Assembly: GCA_000004695.1 (NCBI GenBank)
Contig: CM000151.3
Span: forward strand, 2,144,001-2,208,000
Source: Dictyostelium discoideum
Taxonomy: Eukaryota
Direction: 5' to 3'
Length of the DNA: 64,000 nucleotides
Shown here: positions 15,393 to 29,912 of the stretch, in pieces
How the letters are laid out: each line of letters opens with the position of its first letter
Position numbering within the stretch: the stretch's first letter is position 1
Position numbers and translations under genes: made by a program
The notes under the pieces: model-generated
Databases searched by the model: none
The model's input: the letters and a program-made list of their open reading frames with translations, nothing else
Told to the model about the DNA's origin: nothing

Positions 15393-16010
15393 ATGAAATT
15401 ATTATTTTCAATTATTTTATTAATTTTTTCAATAAATTCGGTATTTTCATCAAGAAATGAAACAATTATTTTAACTCCATACAAAGATTCAGATTGCACA
15501 GAATTTGGTGGTGGTGTTGGTTATGGGTATATGCCTAATGTACCAAATTCGAATATAATTAGAGTTTTTGGTAATATTTATGATACTTTTGAATTCAAAG
15601 AATCATCAAATGGTGAAATACTTTTAATGAATATTTTAGGATCAAATGGAAAAATTATCAAAACAGAGAGTTTTAATATAAAGAAATGTCAATACTCACA
15701 ATTTTTAAAAACCTATTACTTGTTTGATACAGAAATTAATATCCCAACACCATCAATACAATTTAATCAATGGGCCACTGGTTCAAATAGTGATAGTTTT
15801 AATGGAGAATGTATGGTTGATGTCTATGAAACTTTTAATTTCATAGCAAATGATACAATAATTAATTTACCATATATTCAATCAACCCAACAATTTTATT
15901 GCATAAACGATAGTCCATACTTAAAATCTTGTCAAGAAAATTCAGGTTGCTACACAAATCAATTAACCTCATGTTTTGATGGTGAATACAAAGCAACTTG
16001 TATTAATTAA
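15393..16010 (+). CDS. Small secreted cysteine-rich protein of unknown function (205 aa, single exon)
   Basis: It has a signal peptide (MKLLFSIILLIFSINSVFSS) and 10+ Cys residues, with no homopolymer tract. It starts with ATG and ends taa at 16008-16010. Its amino-acid composition resembles that of confirmed neighbouring genes. Confidence 0.5.
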   Translation: MKLLFSIILLIFSINSVFSSRNETIILTPYKDSDCTEFGGGVGYGYMPNVPNSNIIRVFGNIYDTFEFKESSNGEILLMNILGSNGKIIKTESFNIKKCQYSQFLKTYYLFDTEINIPTPSIQFNQWATGSNSDSFNGECMVDVYETFNFIANDTIINLPYIQSTQQFYCINDSPYLKSCQENSGCYTNQLTSCFDGEYKATCIN

Positions 16011-16249
16011 AAAATAATAAATAAATGAAATAAATAAATAAATTAAATAAATAAATAAATAAATAAAAATGATTAAACTTTTTTTTTTTTTTTCACTTTT
16101 TTTTATTTTTTTTTTTTGTAGGTGCGTGGATTTTTTTTTTTTTTTTGTATACACATGAAAACTTTTTTTTTAATTTTAGAATAGCAAACTAATACATTCT
16201 AAAAAAAAAAAAAACATCATTATTTATTATTTTTATTTATATGTTTCTT

Positions 16250-18043
<1,794 letters not shown>

Positions 18044-18745
18044 TATCTAAACTATATGTAAATATTTAATATTATGTTTATTTTATTTTATTTTATTCTA
18101 AATTTTTTATTTTTATTTTTTTTATTTTCTTTTTTTTTTTTAAGGATTTATTTGATAAATAATTTATTATTATTAATAATCAATCGCACCACTTTTTTTT
18201 GATTAAAAAAAAAAAACACAAATACACATCACAATTGTTTTATTATTATTATTAATTGTTATGTGAGTGTAGATATATGTATTTATTAATATTTAAATTT
18301 ATATATGTATATTATATGTTTAGGTATGTATGTGTGCTTGTTAGAGAATTGGAAAATAAAAATAATAAAAAAAAAAAAAAAAATTTCATAAAAAAATAAA
18401 AATAATAAAAAAAAATAAAAAATAAAAAAAAATAAAAATAATAAAAAAAAAAAATTCGAAAAAAAACAATTTTTCTATTAATAAAAACATTTAAATATTT
18501 CCATTTTATTTTATTTTATTTTTTTTTAAACAATGATTTAATTTTATTTATTTTTAATATGAATTTAGTATAGATAAATAAAACCCTCGAACAAAAAAAA
18601 GAATAATATTTCTGTTTTTTGAATTTTTTGAATTTTTTTTTTTTATTTTTTTTTTTTTTTTCAAAATAAGATTATTAAATTTTTTATTTTAATTTTCTAA
18701 AATAAGATTATTAAATTTTTAGAAAAAAAAAAAGATTAAGTTTTT

Positions 18746-20524
18746 TTATTTTGGTTTTGATTTTGAAGATAATTTAGATTTACTATGAATTTCTCTAAGG
18801 ATTGATTTTGCCTCTTCTTTTTCAGGACCAGCATAATCCAAGAGACGTAAACAATATTGTTCAGATTGAGTTTGATTTTGATTTTTATAAAAATTTGCAA
18901 GGAATAAGAGAGCATCAATGATTTCTTGACCATCGATTTTCTCTTGATCGCAATAGTATAGATTCTTTTTATAATAGAAGGCTGCTTTTTCATTGTTTTG
19001 AATCTCTTGATAAAGTTTTGCCAATTTATTGATTGCAACACGTTCTCTATCGTAGTTTTCTTCGGCACGTTCGTAGCATTTAATTGCTTCGGGTATTCTT
19101 TCGATGAATTCATAGCAACCACCGGCAGCACACCACATTCTAGGATCATAGGGTCTGAGGGTGGTGGCTTTTTTGAAGTAGTACAAAGAATATAAAGGTA
19201 GCTTGAGTAGTTGATAAGTTTGACCCAACCCATACCAAGCTCTGTAGTCTCTTGGATTGATATCGACCGCTTTTCTATACGCGTTGATTGCAGCGGATAC
19301 ATTCTTAATTTCTAAAAATTCGTGGCCAATCAATGTCCAAGCTGAAAGGTAACGATCATTCAATTTCAAAGCTCTTTGAAAGTAAAGTATTGCCTTGTCA
19401 TGCTCCAATTTCAAACTGTAGTAATTACCAATGATGCAGCATGTCTCTGGACAGTATTTCTCGATCTTCATCGCCTTATGAGCCAGCATACTCAAGGATG
19501 CCTTCTTGTCCCTTACGTAGAGTATGTTGCTGTAGATATCGATATTCTCCAATCTGTTTGGCTCCAACTCTATCAATCTTTCAAATAACTCTTCACCAAT
19601 ATCGTATGCACGTAAATTGTAATTACCAATTGCGGTTTGCGCTAGAATATAAGTGGATTGGGTGAATAGTGTCCTTGAGAGTTGTTGATAGATCACCAAG
19701 GATTCATTGTTTTGTTGAAGTTCCAATTTAAAATGAGCCAAAAAGAAATCTTTCATAAAATGATCAGGTAATGACAATTGCATAATAATATCGGCACTAT
19801 CTGAACACAACGAAGATAGGTCACTCCATGCTGACCAATTACATGGATATTTATGTACAGATTCAATTAATACCTTTCTTGCCATTGTGAAATCTCTTTG
19901 CTTCTTTAATAACATACTATAGAAATATAATAAAAATCCATCCATATCTTTCTTATTTTCAATATATAACTTTTTATAAAATTGAAATAGTTGTTTAAAT
20001 TCTTGACATTGTTCAATCTTTTGTTGTTGTTGCTGCTGTTGTTGCTGATCTGTTTTATTATTATTATTAGTGTCATTATTTTTATCATTTTGTTGTGACT
20101 CTTGTTGTGCTTGTTGAGCTTGTTGTTGTGCTTGTTGCTGTTGCTGTTGTTGTTGAGCTTGTTGTTCAATTATATCTTCTTCTCTTCTTTTTTCAATTGC
20201 TAAATAGGTTGCATAGGAACGTAGGAATATTGGTAATTGATATTTATTACAATCAATTAAAACATCTGAACATCTTCTATACTCTTTTAAATCGAAATAA
20301 TTCTTTGCTAATATATATTTATAATATTCATTACTTCCAATTGGTGGTGATGATATTGATGGTTGTGATATAATTGATAATTGTTCCTCATTGGTTAATG
20401 GTGTAGCCAATATAGTTGGTGATAATCCATTCAATTGTTCTGATGACCATTTTGAACTTAATAATAATCCTCTTGAATTTAAATCATTAATTGATTTAAT
20501 TAATTCAATTTTTATTTGTGACAT
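18746..20524 (-). CDS. anapc8: Anaphase-promoting complex subunit 8 (Cdc23), TPR repeats, 592 aa
   Basis: The ANAPC8-type N-terminus (SRGLLLSSKWSSEQL) is followed by TPR repeats. The C-terminal TPR block RALKLNDRYLSAWTLIGHEFLEIKNVSAAINAYRKAVDINPRDYRAWYGLGQTYQ is highly Cdc23-like. An internal poly-Q insert is present. Confidence 0.85.
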   Translation of the reverse strand: MSQIKIELIKSINDLNSRGLLLSSKWSSEQLNGLSPTILATPLTNEEQLSIISQPSISSPPIGSNEYYKYILAKNYFDLKEYRRCSDVLIDCNKYQLPIFLRSYATYLAIEKRREEDIIEQQAQQQQQQQQAQQQAQQAQQESQQNDKNNDTNNNNKTDQQQQQQQQQKIEQCQEFKQLFQFYKKLYIENKKDMDGFLLYFYSMLLKKQRDFTMARKVLIESVHKYPCNWSAWSDLSSLCSDSADIIMQLSLPDHFMKDFFLAHFKLELQQNNESLVIYQQLSRTLFTQSTYILAQTAIGNYNLRAYDIGEELFERLIELEPNRLENIDIYSNILYVRDKKASLSMLAHKAMKIEKYCPETCCIIGNYYSLKLEHDKAILYFQRALKLNDRYLSAWTLIGHEFLEIKNVSAAINAYRKAVDINPRDYRAWYGLGQTYQLLKLPLYSLYYFKKATTLRPYDPRMWCAAGGCYEFIERIPEAIKCYERAEENYDRERVAINKLAKLYQEIQNNEKAAFYYKKNLYYCDQEKIDGQEIIDALLFLANFYKNQNQTQSEQYCLRLLDYAGPEKEEAKSILREIHSKSKLSSKSKPK

Positions 20525-20647
20525 TATTTATTTTTTTTATTTTTTATTTCTTTATTTCTATTTTACATGTATAATATGTTCATTTGATAATTTTTTTTTT
20601 TTTTTAATTTTTTTTTTTTAATTTTTTTTTTTCAATAATTTTAAGCG

Positions 20648-20684
<37 letters not shown>

Positions 20685-20738
20685 TCCTTTTTTTATTTTT
20701 TTATTTTTTTTTTTTTTTTAATAATTTTATTTTAGGTA

Positions 20739-21144
20739 ATGACAGTAAAACCCGAATTTATATTCAATGAAAATGTTCAATATAATCAAATAAAGTGTAA
20801 TACTAAAACTATTGAATCTTTGAAACTATCATCATATCAATATATTAAATTGTTTATTTCAGATAAACATTGTTTAATAGTTGAAGTTATACCAGATGTA
20901 ACCATTGAAGACAACACCATATTATTATCAAATCAAATAATTAATAAAATTGGTAATAAAAATCAAATAAATAGATATAGTTTTAATTTTGAACCAATAG
21001 AAATTATATCAAATAATAATAATAATAAAAATAAAAATAATGTCACAATTACAATAAAAAATATTAATAGCCCATATAATGGAAAGATTTTAAATAATTC
21101 AATAAAAAGATTCTTTTCATATAAGCCAGTAAGTTTTTATATAC

Positions 21145-21175
<31 letters not shown>

Positions 21176-23055
21176 TATAATTTTAACATTTTCATTAACA
21201 ATAATAATAATAAAATTAAAAATTATAGATTATTAAAGATTGTGAATATTTATGTCCTATGGTCGGTAATATGTGCATATTTAGGGTTGTAGATATTAAA
21301 AGAAATAATAATAATAGTAATAATAATAATAATAATTATGGTGATAATGATAGTTCCTTTGAACATATTCAAGAATTTTTAGAAAATAATAATAATATTA
21401 ATGAAATTATTATAATGGATGATAATACCCCAGAAAATAAAGAGTTGAATATAGAGTTAATCGATATAAAAGAACAAGTTGAACAATTATCAGAATTTTT
21501 AAAATTAAAATTTAATACCTCATTTAGTAACAACAACAACAAATATAGCAATCAATTGAATTTCTTAAAATCAAAAGGTATTTTAATTGATGGACCAGAA
21601 GGCACAAGCAAATTACAATTAATAGAATATATAGCTCAACAATATAACTACAAATATTTAAATTTAAATGAATTAGTTAATGGTGGTAGTGGTGGTGGTG
21701 GTGGTGAACAGTTAAACTCAAAAGAACCAATGATTTACATATTAAATAATTTAGATTCAATTGTTGGTAAAATCAGTGATAATGAGAATAGTTACCAAAA
21801 GAAAGTTATTCAAAGATTAACAAATTTCATTGATCATATAAAGTCTAATGAAATTATTTTATCAACATGTACATCAGTTGAAAATATTGACCAATCAATA
21901 ACACGTGCTGGTAGAATTGATAAATTTATACATTTAACAATTCCAACACAATCTAAAAGAATGTTAATCCTTTCAAACCTTTTAAAGAATACACCATTAC
22001 AATATGACACCAATAATAATAATGATGATATTGATCAGTGTAAAATAAAAGATAAAGAACAATTTATAGTTGAATTAAGTAAAATTACACCAGGTTTCCT
22101 TTTTAAAGATTTAACAAAATTATGTAGAACTGTATCATTATTAACAGTTTCAAGTTTTGAAGAAGAAGAAGAAGAAGAAAATGAAAATGAAAAAGAAATT
22201 AAAATTTCATTTAAAATATTTAAAGAGGCATTAAAATTTATTAAACCATCAACGTTAATAAATTTTGATGTTACAGTTCAAAATGTTAAATGGGATAGAA
22301 TTGGAGGTTATAAACAAGTTAAAGAAAGATTTAGACAATTAATTGAATGGCCATTAAAATATCAAGATACATTCAAGAGATTATCATTGAATAATTCATC
22401 AGGATTATTATTACATGGTCCATCTGGTTGTGGTAAAAGTTTAATGGTTAAAGCAATTGCAACAGAGATGAGTATAAATTTCATATCGATTAAGGGTTCA
22501 GATATCTATTCTAAATGGTTAGGTGAAAGTGAAAGAATCATAAGAGATTTATTCAAGTCTGCTAGATTATCGTCACCGTGTATCATGTTTTTCGATGAAA
22601 TCGATTCATTGACACTCTCAAGAGGCAGTGGTGACGATAATGAGGATGGCGGTACATCCAAACGTATCCTTAGTCAATTGTTGAATGAAATGGATGGTAT
22701 CCAAGTAAAGAGTCAAATATTCTTAATTGGTTGTACAAATTCAATTCAGTCAATCGATAGTGCTCTATTGAGACCTGGTAGATTCGAATCATTAATTCAT
22801 ATAGATTTACCAAGTCTTGATGATCGTTTAGATATTTTAAATGTACTATCAACAAATTCTTTAAATTTCAATAAAGATGAAATCACCCAACAAGTATGGT
22901 TAGATATCGCTACTCAAACCAGTGGTTTCACAGGTTCACAATTATATGATCTTTGTAATCAAGCTGGTATCATTCAATTAGAAACTGACATCGTCAACTC
23001 TCAATCAATTTCAAAACAATCCTTATATGAAAGTTTAAATAAACTTAAAAATTAA
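20739..23055 (+). CDS. Two-domain AAA+ ATPase (degenerate D1, canonical D2), SPATA5L1/PEX6-like; exons 20739..21128 and 21229..23055
   Basis: Donor gtaagt at 21129 and acceptor tatag at 21224-21228 keep the frame (..FSYKP|IIKDCEY..). D2 has Walker A GPSGCGKS, Walker B IMFFDEID, SQLLNEMDG and ALLRPGRFE. D1 has a deviant GPEGTSK P-loop. Confidence 0.75.
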
Positions 23056-23087
23056 ATAAAAATTAAATATTTATAAAAAAATTATAA

Positions 23088-25650
23088 AACTATGTTTTTA
23101 TTTCTTTGTTTTTTCTTTTTAATAAATTGAATTAAAGAATTGATAGTATTACTTTGAATTTGTAGAATGGTTACTAAATTTATACCAATTTCTTTATCTA
23201 TCCAATTCTTTAATTGAGCAATAAATAAAGAGTCTGCACCATAATCCACAAGACCAATATCTAAATTTAGTTTAATTTCTTCAATTGATAATAACTCTGA
23301 TATCTTGGAAATAATTAACCACCACTCATATTAGATTGCTTTGAAAATTCTGTTGCTGATTCTTCAATAAGATTTTCAAATTTAATTGAGATTGAATGTT
23401 GTGGATTATTTTTAAATATATTAAAATTAAATTGGTTGAAAGTCTTGATTTTGAATTTGTAAATCTAATGAACCTACTTTATTCATTGTGACAATATTGT
23501 AACCTTGAGCCTCTAATGTAACTGCAATCGATGCATTTCTTAAAACTAAACCAGATTTAATTGAACAAATTGATGGTAATTTAAATCTGATACGATTTCA
23601 TTTAATTTTTGTTCATTACCTGCAATGACAATTGATGTCGGTGAATTGTAACATGAAATTTCAATATCTGAATATTTTTAAGAATAATTTGATTTAAATT
23701 TAGATTCATCAATGTTTATTGATAACATTCTACCATTAGCATGGGTTTTATTTTGTGCAATTGATCTATGATAAATTAAATAACATAAAGTATCCAATGC
23801 AATCATACCTGAACAATAGGCTGCTGAAATTTCACATAAACTATGGCCAACTATAAATAATGCTTCAATTCCCCAATGAGTATATAATTTAAATAATGAA
23901 ATTGTTAACATGCAAACTGATGGTTGTGCAATTGTTGGTTCATGAATTGATTGAGTATCAGTTGTTCTTAATTTCTCAAAAACAGAATAACCATAATACT
24001 TTGACAATGCTTCATTTAATTGATAAATTGATTGTTTGAAAATTGGTTCGTTATTATATAATTCAATTGCCATTGTATTATATTGTGAACCTTGACCTGC
24101 GAATACAAATATGGTAATTGGTTTCTTTCTTTTAATTGATATATTTGCTGATTTTGAATTTGATGTTTTAAAATATCCTAATGATGGTGTTTTAAATTGA
24201 TCCCAATTTGATGCAATTATTACAGATCTTTGAAATAATGATCTTGATTTCTTTAAAATTTGATTTTGAACAAATATTGAAAATTCAACAAAATCAATAT
24301 CTTTTGAAATTAATTGTTGTTGATAATCTTCCAATGATTTTGTTGAGTTTGCTGAAAATGGTACTAAATATTCTTTATTTTTATTTTTTATGGTGTTAAT
24401 AGACTTTTCAGGAATTGTTTCTTTAAATTCGGATAAAACTAAACAACAATTTGAGCCAGTAAAACCAAAATTATAAATTACAATTGAAAAAGGTTTATTA
24501 TTATTATTAAACTTTGAAAATGGTTCTGTAATAACTTTTAAATTCCATTCATCAAATTTAATCATTGGATTTGGAATTGAATAATTTATATTTGGAACCA
24601 AGCTTTTATTAAAAAGTATTAAACAACACTTGATTAATGATACTACACCAGATGCAGCTTCAGTAAGACCAATCGAACATTTAATTGAACCAATTAATAA
24701 TGGATTTTCTTTTGAACGAGTGCCATCATTATTAAAAACCATTGATATACTTTTAGTTTCTAATATTTGTAGCTTGGGATAATGGTGCATAAAAATTTGA
24801 TTTATCCTCAAGACCGAAACCATCGACATTTGAATTTGCACCTTTTAAAATACAATAAATTTTATCACCATCTTTAATTGCTTTTGTTAATTTCTTTAAA
24901 AGTACAATACCAGTACCCTCTGCACGAACAAGGCCATTGGCATCTTTATCGAATGGTCTACAAACCCCAGTTTTACTTAACATATTAAGGTATGAAAATG
25001 CTTTAATATTTGTTGTATCCAGAATTAAATTTACACCACCAACAATTGATAAATCTGATTTACCTGTTAAAATTGATTGACGACCTAATGTAACTGCAAC
25101 ACCTGATGATGAACATGCAGTATCAACAGCCATTGACTCACCACGTAAATCAAAACAATAGGAGATACGATTAGCTGTTCCATGTGCATATGTACCAAAA
25201 ATATTTAAATATTGTTTATTTTGATTTACATTGGATTCTCTATATTCTGATGTTGAACAACCAACAATTACCGATGTGTTTGATGCTCTTAATTTCATTG
25301 GATCAATTCCTGCATCTTCAAATGCTTCCCATGTACATTTTAATAGTAATCTTTGTTGTGGATCAATAGTTGATGCTTCTGATGGACTAATACCAAAAAA
25401 TAATGGATCAAATGACTTTAGTTCGTCAAATGGTAATAAACCTGCATATCCATTACTTATTTCTCCCAATCTACTGAAATTATCACTCCATCTCTCTGTT
25501 GTTTTTACAACACCATTAAATCCATTCATTAAATTACTCCATAACTTAATTGGTGAGTCATTGTTTGCTTTTTCTTCGCCACTTGGTATTCTAAATCCAA
25601 GCCCAATAATTGCTATATCTTCATTATCATTATTTATAGTAAACTTCTTT
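23088..25650 (-). pseudogene. Truncated, frameshifted type-I polyketide synthase remnant (KS - AT - ACP only)
   Basis: The minus-strand translation gives [16 protein letters not shown] (the typical Dictyostelium PKS N-terminus, with no in-frame ATG nearby). The KS domain carries active-site DTACSSS (ORF 24753..25529). The AT domain carries FVFAGQGSQY and GHSLCE (ORF 23678..24841, overlapping the KS ORF out of frame). The AT C-terminus is broken (23340-23680). An ACP follows with [23 protein letters not shown] (23088-23300). DH, ER and KR domains are absent. Confidence 0.65.
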
Positions 25651-26267
25651 TTTTTTTTTTTTTTGATTTATTTACTTTTTCTTTTTTTTTTTTTTTTTTT
25701 TTTTTTTGGTTTAATATCTTCTAAAATAATAAATAACAATAAATGTTTTTAAAGGAAAAAAAAGCTAATAATTTAATGATTATACAAATCAAAAGAATAA
25801 AAAAAAAAACCAAATGTATTTCCTTACATTATGTGATACCAATTTGATAACTTTTTTTTTTAATCAAATGGGAAATAAATAAATTATAAATTAATATTAA
25901 TTTTTTTAAATAATATTTTCAAATGAAATATAAGGTTCATACAATGCCCAATTTTTTACTACCCTCCCTTTTTTTTTTTTTATTTAATTATTATTTTGGG
26001 GGTTGGGTGTTTGTTTATTAATAAAAATGATTTTTTGTACAAATTGTCATTATTTTTACTTTTAATTTATTTAAAAAAAATAAATTTATCCTTGTGGTAA
26101 GATATAATTTCAAATAATGAGTCGTTAAAAAAAAAGTTGCTTTTTGAAATTTTTAATCTTATTTTATCTATTATTTTTTTTATTTTATTTTATTTTATTT
26201 TTTTGTTTTATTTTACTATTTTTATTACGTGAATATTAGTATTTTAATTTATTTGTTATCATCATTT

Positions 26268-26334
<67 letters not shown>

Positions 26335-26340
26335 CCTTAC

Positions 26341-27350
26341 CTATTTTTTAAAAAAGAAATCGTTTAAAATGGCCAAAGTATTAGCTGGTGATTTTACAGT
26401 AAAAGATTGTGTAATTCTTGGGTGATTAGCAATTTCATAATCATTACCACCCAAAAAAGTTTTATCACCAAAAAAGTAGAGTGTTTTAAATTCATCCTCT
26501 GGTAAATGACGTAAACAATAAGTTTTATCCCAACCAATTGGAAAAACATCAAAACTTATTTGACCACCAATTGAATATTGTAAACCAAAAGATTTAAATT
26601 CCTCTTTTAATATTGATACCATTGTTGATCTAATTTTGTGTTCCTGAAAAAAAAAAAAAATTATTATTAAATTTAATATATATATATTTAATCATATTTA
26701 AAAGTACAATAAACCTACCAAATCATACTTTTCAAATTCTTCACGTTCTTGTTGGGAACAATTTCTACCAATTGGCGAGATATTAAGCATACCATTTCTA
26801 AATTCAACAAAGGTACCTCTTTTTATTGGAATATCAAGATCAGCTACATAATGTAACACAAAATTAATAAATTTTTTGATATTTTCTTCACCTAAATACT
26901 TTTTAATATCCTAAAATAATATTTAATTATTATGATGCTATATATTTTATTTATGATTACTACTATTAATATAATAAAAAATTTTAATAATTACTTGAAT
27001 TTCTAATAATGAACCATCTTTATATGCTATTAAACCATTTTCTGCAAATACATAATCAAAATCATTAATAAAATTTTCACCTAATTGCTCTTTAATTTTA
27101 TTAAAATTAGAGCCACCAACAACACCTATCTTTATTTTTGTTCTTAAAGATGCCAATAATTCTTTCATTTCATTGGTGATTGCCTATTTATTTTTTAAAG
27201 CATTTTTATTATTTTATTTTATAAAAATGTTAACCAATCATTTTATTAATTTATTTTATAAAAATATAAAATACGGATACTTGCATTTCTCGGTTTAGTT
27301 AAAGTATCATCCACATCAAACAAACATATAGTGTTTTTATTTTGTGACAT
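26341..27350 (-). CDS. pmmA: Phosphomannomutase (PMM, HAD superfamily), ~249 aa; exons 27285..27350, 26995..27183, 26719..26910, 26341..26643
   Basis: The joined protein [22 protein letters not shown]|[10 protein letters not shown]...[20 protein letters not shown]...[15 protein letters not shown]...[34 protein letters not shown]...[25 protein letters not shown]...[16 protein letters not shown] aligns colinearly with human PMM2. Introns 2 and 3 have gtaatt and gtaggt donors. Intron 1 fits only as GC-AG (donor gcaagt). Confidence 0.85.
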
Positions 27351-27797
27351 TTCAAAGGAATTTTTGTTAATAAATCTCACAAATCAGATTAATCAAAACA
27401 AATGAAAAAAAAAAAAAAATGAAAAAATAAGAAAATAAAAAAAAAATTTATAACATAAAAAAAAGGAAAAAGGAAAAATTGAAAAAAAATCAACATAAAA
27501 AAAAAAAAAAAGGAAAAATTAAAAAAAATTATTGCGTTGTTGCCAATGGGAGCATGGAAAAAAAGGTAAAATAAAAAAAGAGGTGACTAACCGAGCAGCG
27601 CCACATAGAAATAAATAATAAATAATTAATTATTTTTATATCCAGCCAATCTTAGTTGTTTATTTTAAAGAAAAAGATTTTTTTTTTTTAAAGATTTTTT
27701 TTTTTCCCAACACCCAATATATTTATAGTTTTTGAAATTTTTATTTTTTTTTTTTTTTTTTTTTTTATTTTTCATTTTTTATTTTTTTTTATTTTTA

Positions 27798-27829
<32 letters not shown>

Positions 27830-28066
27830 GAACTATGGAATATTATTAGAGAACCAAATGGAAATGGAATGAAAAAGCTATAATGATTAGGTTTATAGTT
27901 TTTTAAAAAATAAAAAATTAAAATTAAAAATAATTAAATATAATTAAAAATAATTAAAAATAATTAAAAATAAAAATAATTTTTGGTAAAAAAGATTATT
28001 TAAAAAAAAAAAAAAGAAAAAAAAAAAAAAACCTAAATACTATTTTTAAAAAAAAAAAAAAAAAAA

Positions 28067-29694
28067 ATGGGTGGTGCGGTGCTTATTAATAGTGGTAACA
28101 GTAGTAATACTCCTATTAATGAAGAAGAGCCGTCTGGATTGGAAACTAATTTTGGTACCACTACTCCAAATTTAAAAAAAAAGTACTTAATTCAGTATAT
28201 AATATTATATGCATATTTAGCGTGTATTTTTATATCAACATTTTTATATGATATTTTCATTCCAACTTTATTATTTCATTATGTTGAACATAAATTTCCA
28301 GATTTAACACCTCAAGAAAAAAGTTCGAAATCATCATATTATAAATCTTATTCTGATGGTTTTCCATTTTTAGTTATGTTTTTATTTGTAAGTTTTTAAA
28401 TAATAATTTTTAATATTTTATAACAATAGAATAATTGTTAATAATTATTAATTGTTTTTTTTTTTTTTTTTTTTTTAATAAAAATAAGGGACCACTTGTG
28501 GGATATATTTCAGATAGATATGGAAGAAAATCCAATTTTTATTTATCAGTTTTAACAGTTATGTTTGTTATTATGTCATGTTTTGTATCAATGGAAACAA
28601 ATAACATTTATTGTTTTTATGTTTTCCATACCATTGGTGGTTTATATAATGTTTCAAACTCTGTAGTTTTTTCATTCATTTATGATATTTCCGATGAAAA
28701 AGATATTCCAGTTTTGTTTACATTATGTGGACTTTCAATGGGCCTTGGTACAACGATTGGATCTTTAATTTATGCATTTGTACCAACTGATAAGGTTCCA
28801 TATATGATGTTATACATTTCTAGTGGGTTCGCTTTAGTATCTCTTATACTTGTTCCATTTTTAATTGAAACCATTCACATCTCTCGAGAAAATAATAAAA
28901 ATAAAACTTTTGTAAAAAAAAGTTTTGAAAATCCAAATCCATTCTCAACTATTAAAAGTTTATTCACAAATAATGGTTTTATTTCTTGGACAATTTTATT
29001 ATTTTTTTCAATTCAATATACTGGTCAAGATATCTGGTCAACCTTTTACTATTACTCATATCTAATGTATAACTGGAATCAAAAAACAATTGGTCTTTTT
29101 ACTCTTGGTGTTGGTGGTGCAACAATTTTATATAGTGTTTTAATTGTTCCATTATTTTTAAAAGTTTTATGTATGTTGTAAATTTATAAATTATTTTTTA
29201 TTATTGTTGAACAAATTTAATTAAATATTAACTTTTTTTTTTTTATTTCTTTCTTTTTTTTTTTTTTTTTTTTTTTTTTAGCTGAAAAAAAAGTAATTAC
29301 AATTGGATTCTTTATTACATTCTGTGCACATGTAATGCTATCAAGTTCAAAGTTTTCACAATATCTTTTTATTTTTGGTGCAATAGTTAGTAGTATTGTT
29401 CCATGTGTTTCGAATTTATTATGCTCTGTAATATCTAAATCTACACCTCAAGAAGTTCAAGGATCAGTATTAACAGGTCTTCAATCTGTAAAAGCACTTG
29501 GTAGCTTTGCTGGTGCCATGGTAGCTAATAATTTACTAAGTCATTTCTCAAGTGATGAATCATCGATTTACTTTCCTCAAGCTATCTATTTTTTAAATGG
29601 TGTTGTATTATTTATAATAATGATCATTTCTATTTTAGTTTGGAGATTTTATAAAAACAAAATCAAAAATAATGTAAACAATAATAACAATTAA
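28067..29694 (+). CDS. Major-facilitator-superfamily transporter (HIAT1/MFSD14-like), about 12 TM; exons 28067..28387, 28489..29170, 29282..29694
   Basis: Intron 1 runs from donor gtaagt at 28388 to acceptor aataag at 28483-28488 and restores the MFS loop-2/3 signature GPLVGYISDRYGRK. Intron 2 runs from donor gtatgt at 29171 to acceptor tttag at 29277-29281, in phase 1. Both sides of it are hydrophobic helical segments. Confidence 0.65.
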
Positions 29695-29912
29695 TAAAAT
29701 TAAAAATTATTTTTTAATTTTGTTCACTTCAAAGTAAAATAATTAATTTTTTTTTTTTTTTTTTATTTTTTATTTACTTTTTTTATTTTTTTTATTTTTT
29801 TTTAAACCAATATGGTATATTTAAATTAAAGAAAAAACAAAAAAAAACAAATAAATAAATTTTAAGTTTTAATATTATTTTTTTTATTTTATTTTTTTTT
29901 TATTTGAATAAT

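Noticed and set aside
18736-19302. ORF 18736..19302 (188 aa), overlapping the APC8 gene in another frame.
   Set aside because: It is an alternative frame of the Cdc23 TPR region. The Cdc23 frame carries the conserved motifs.
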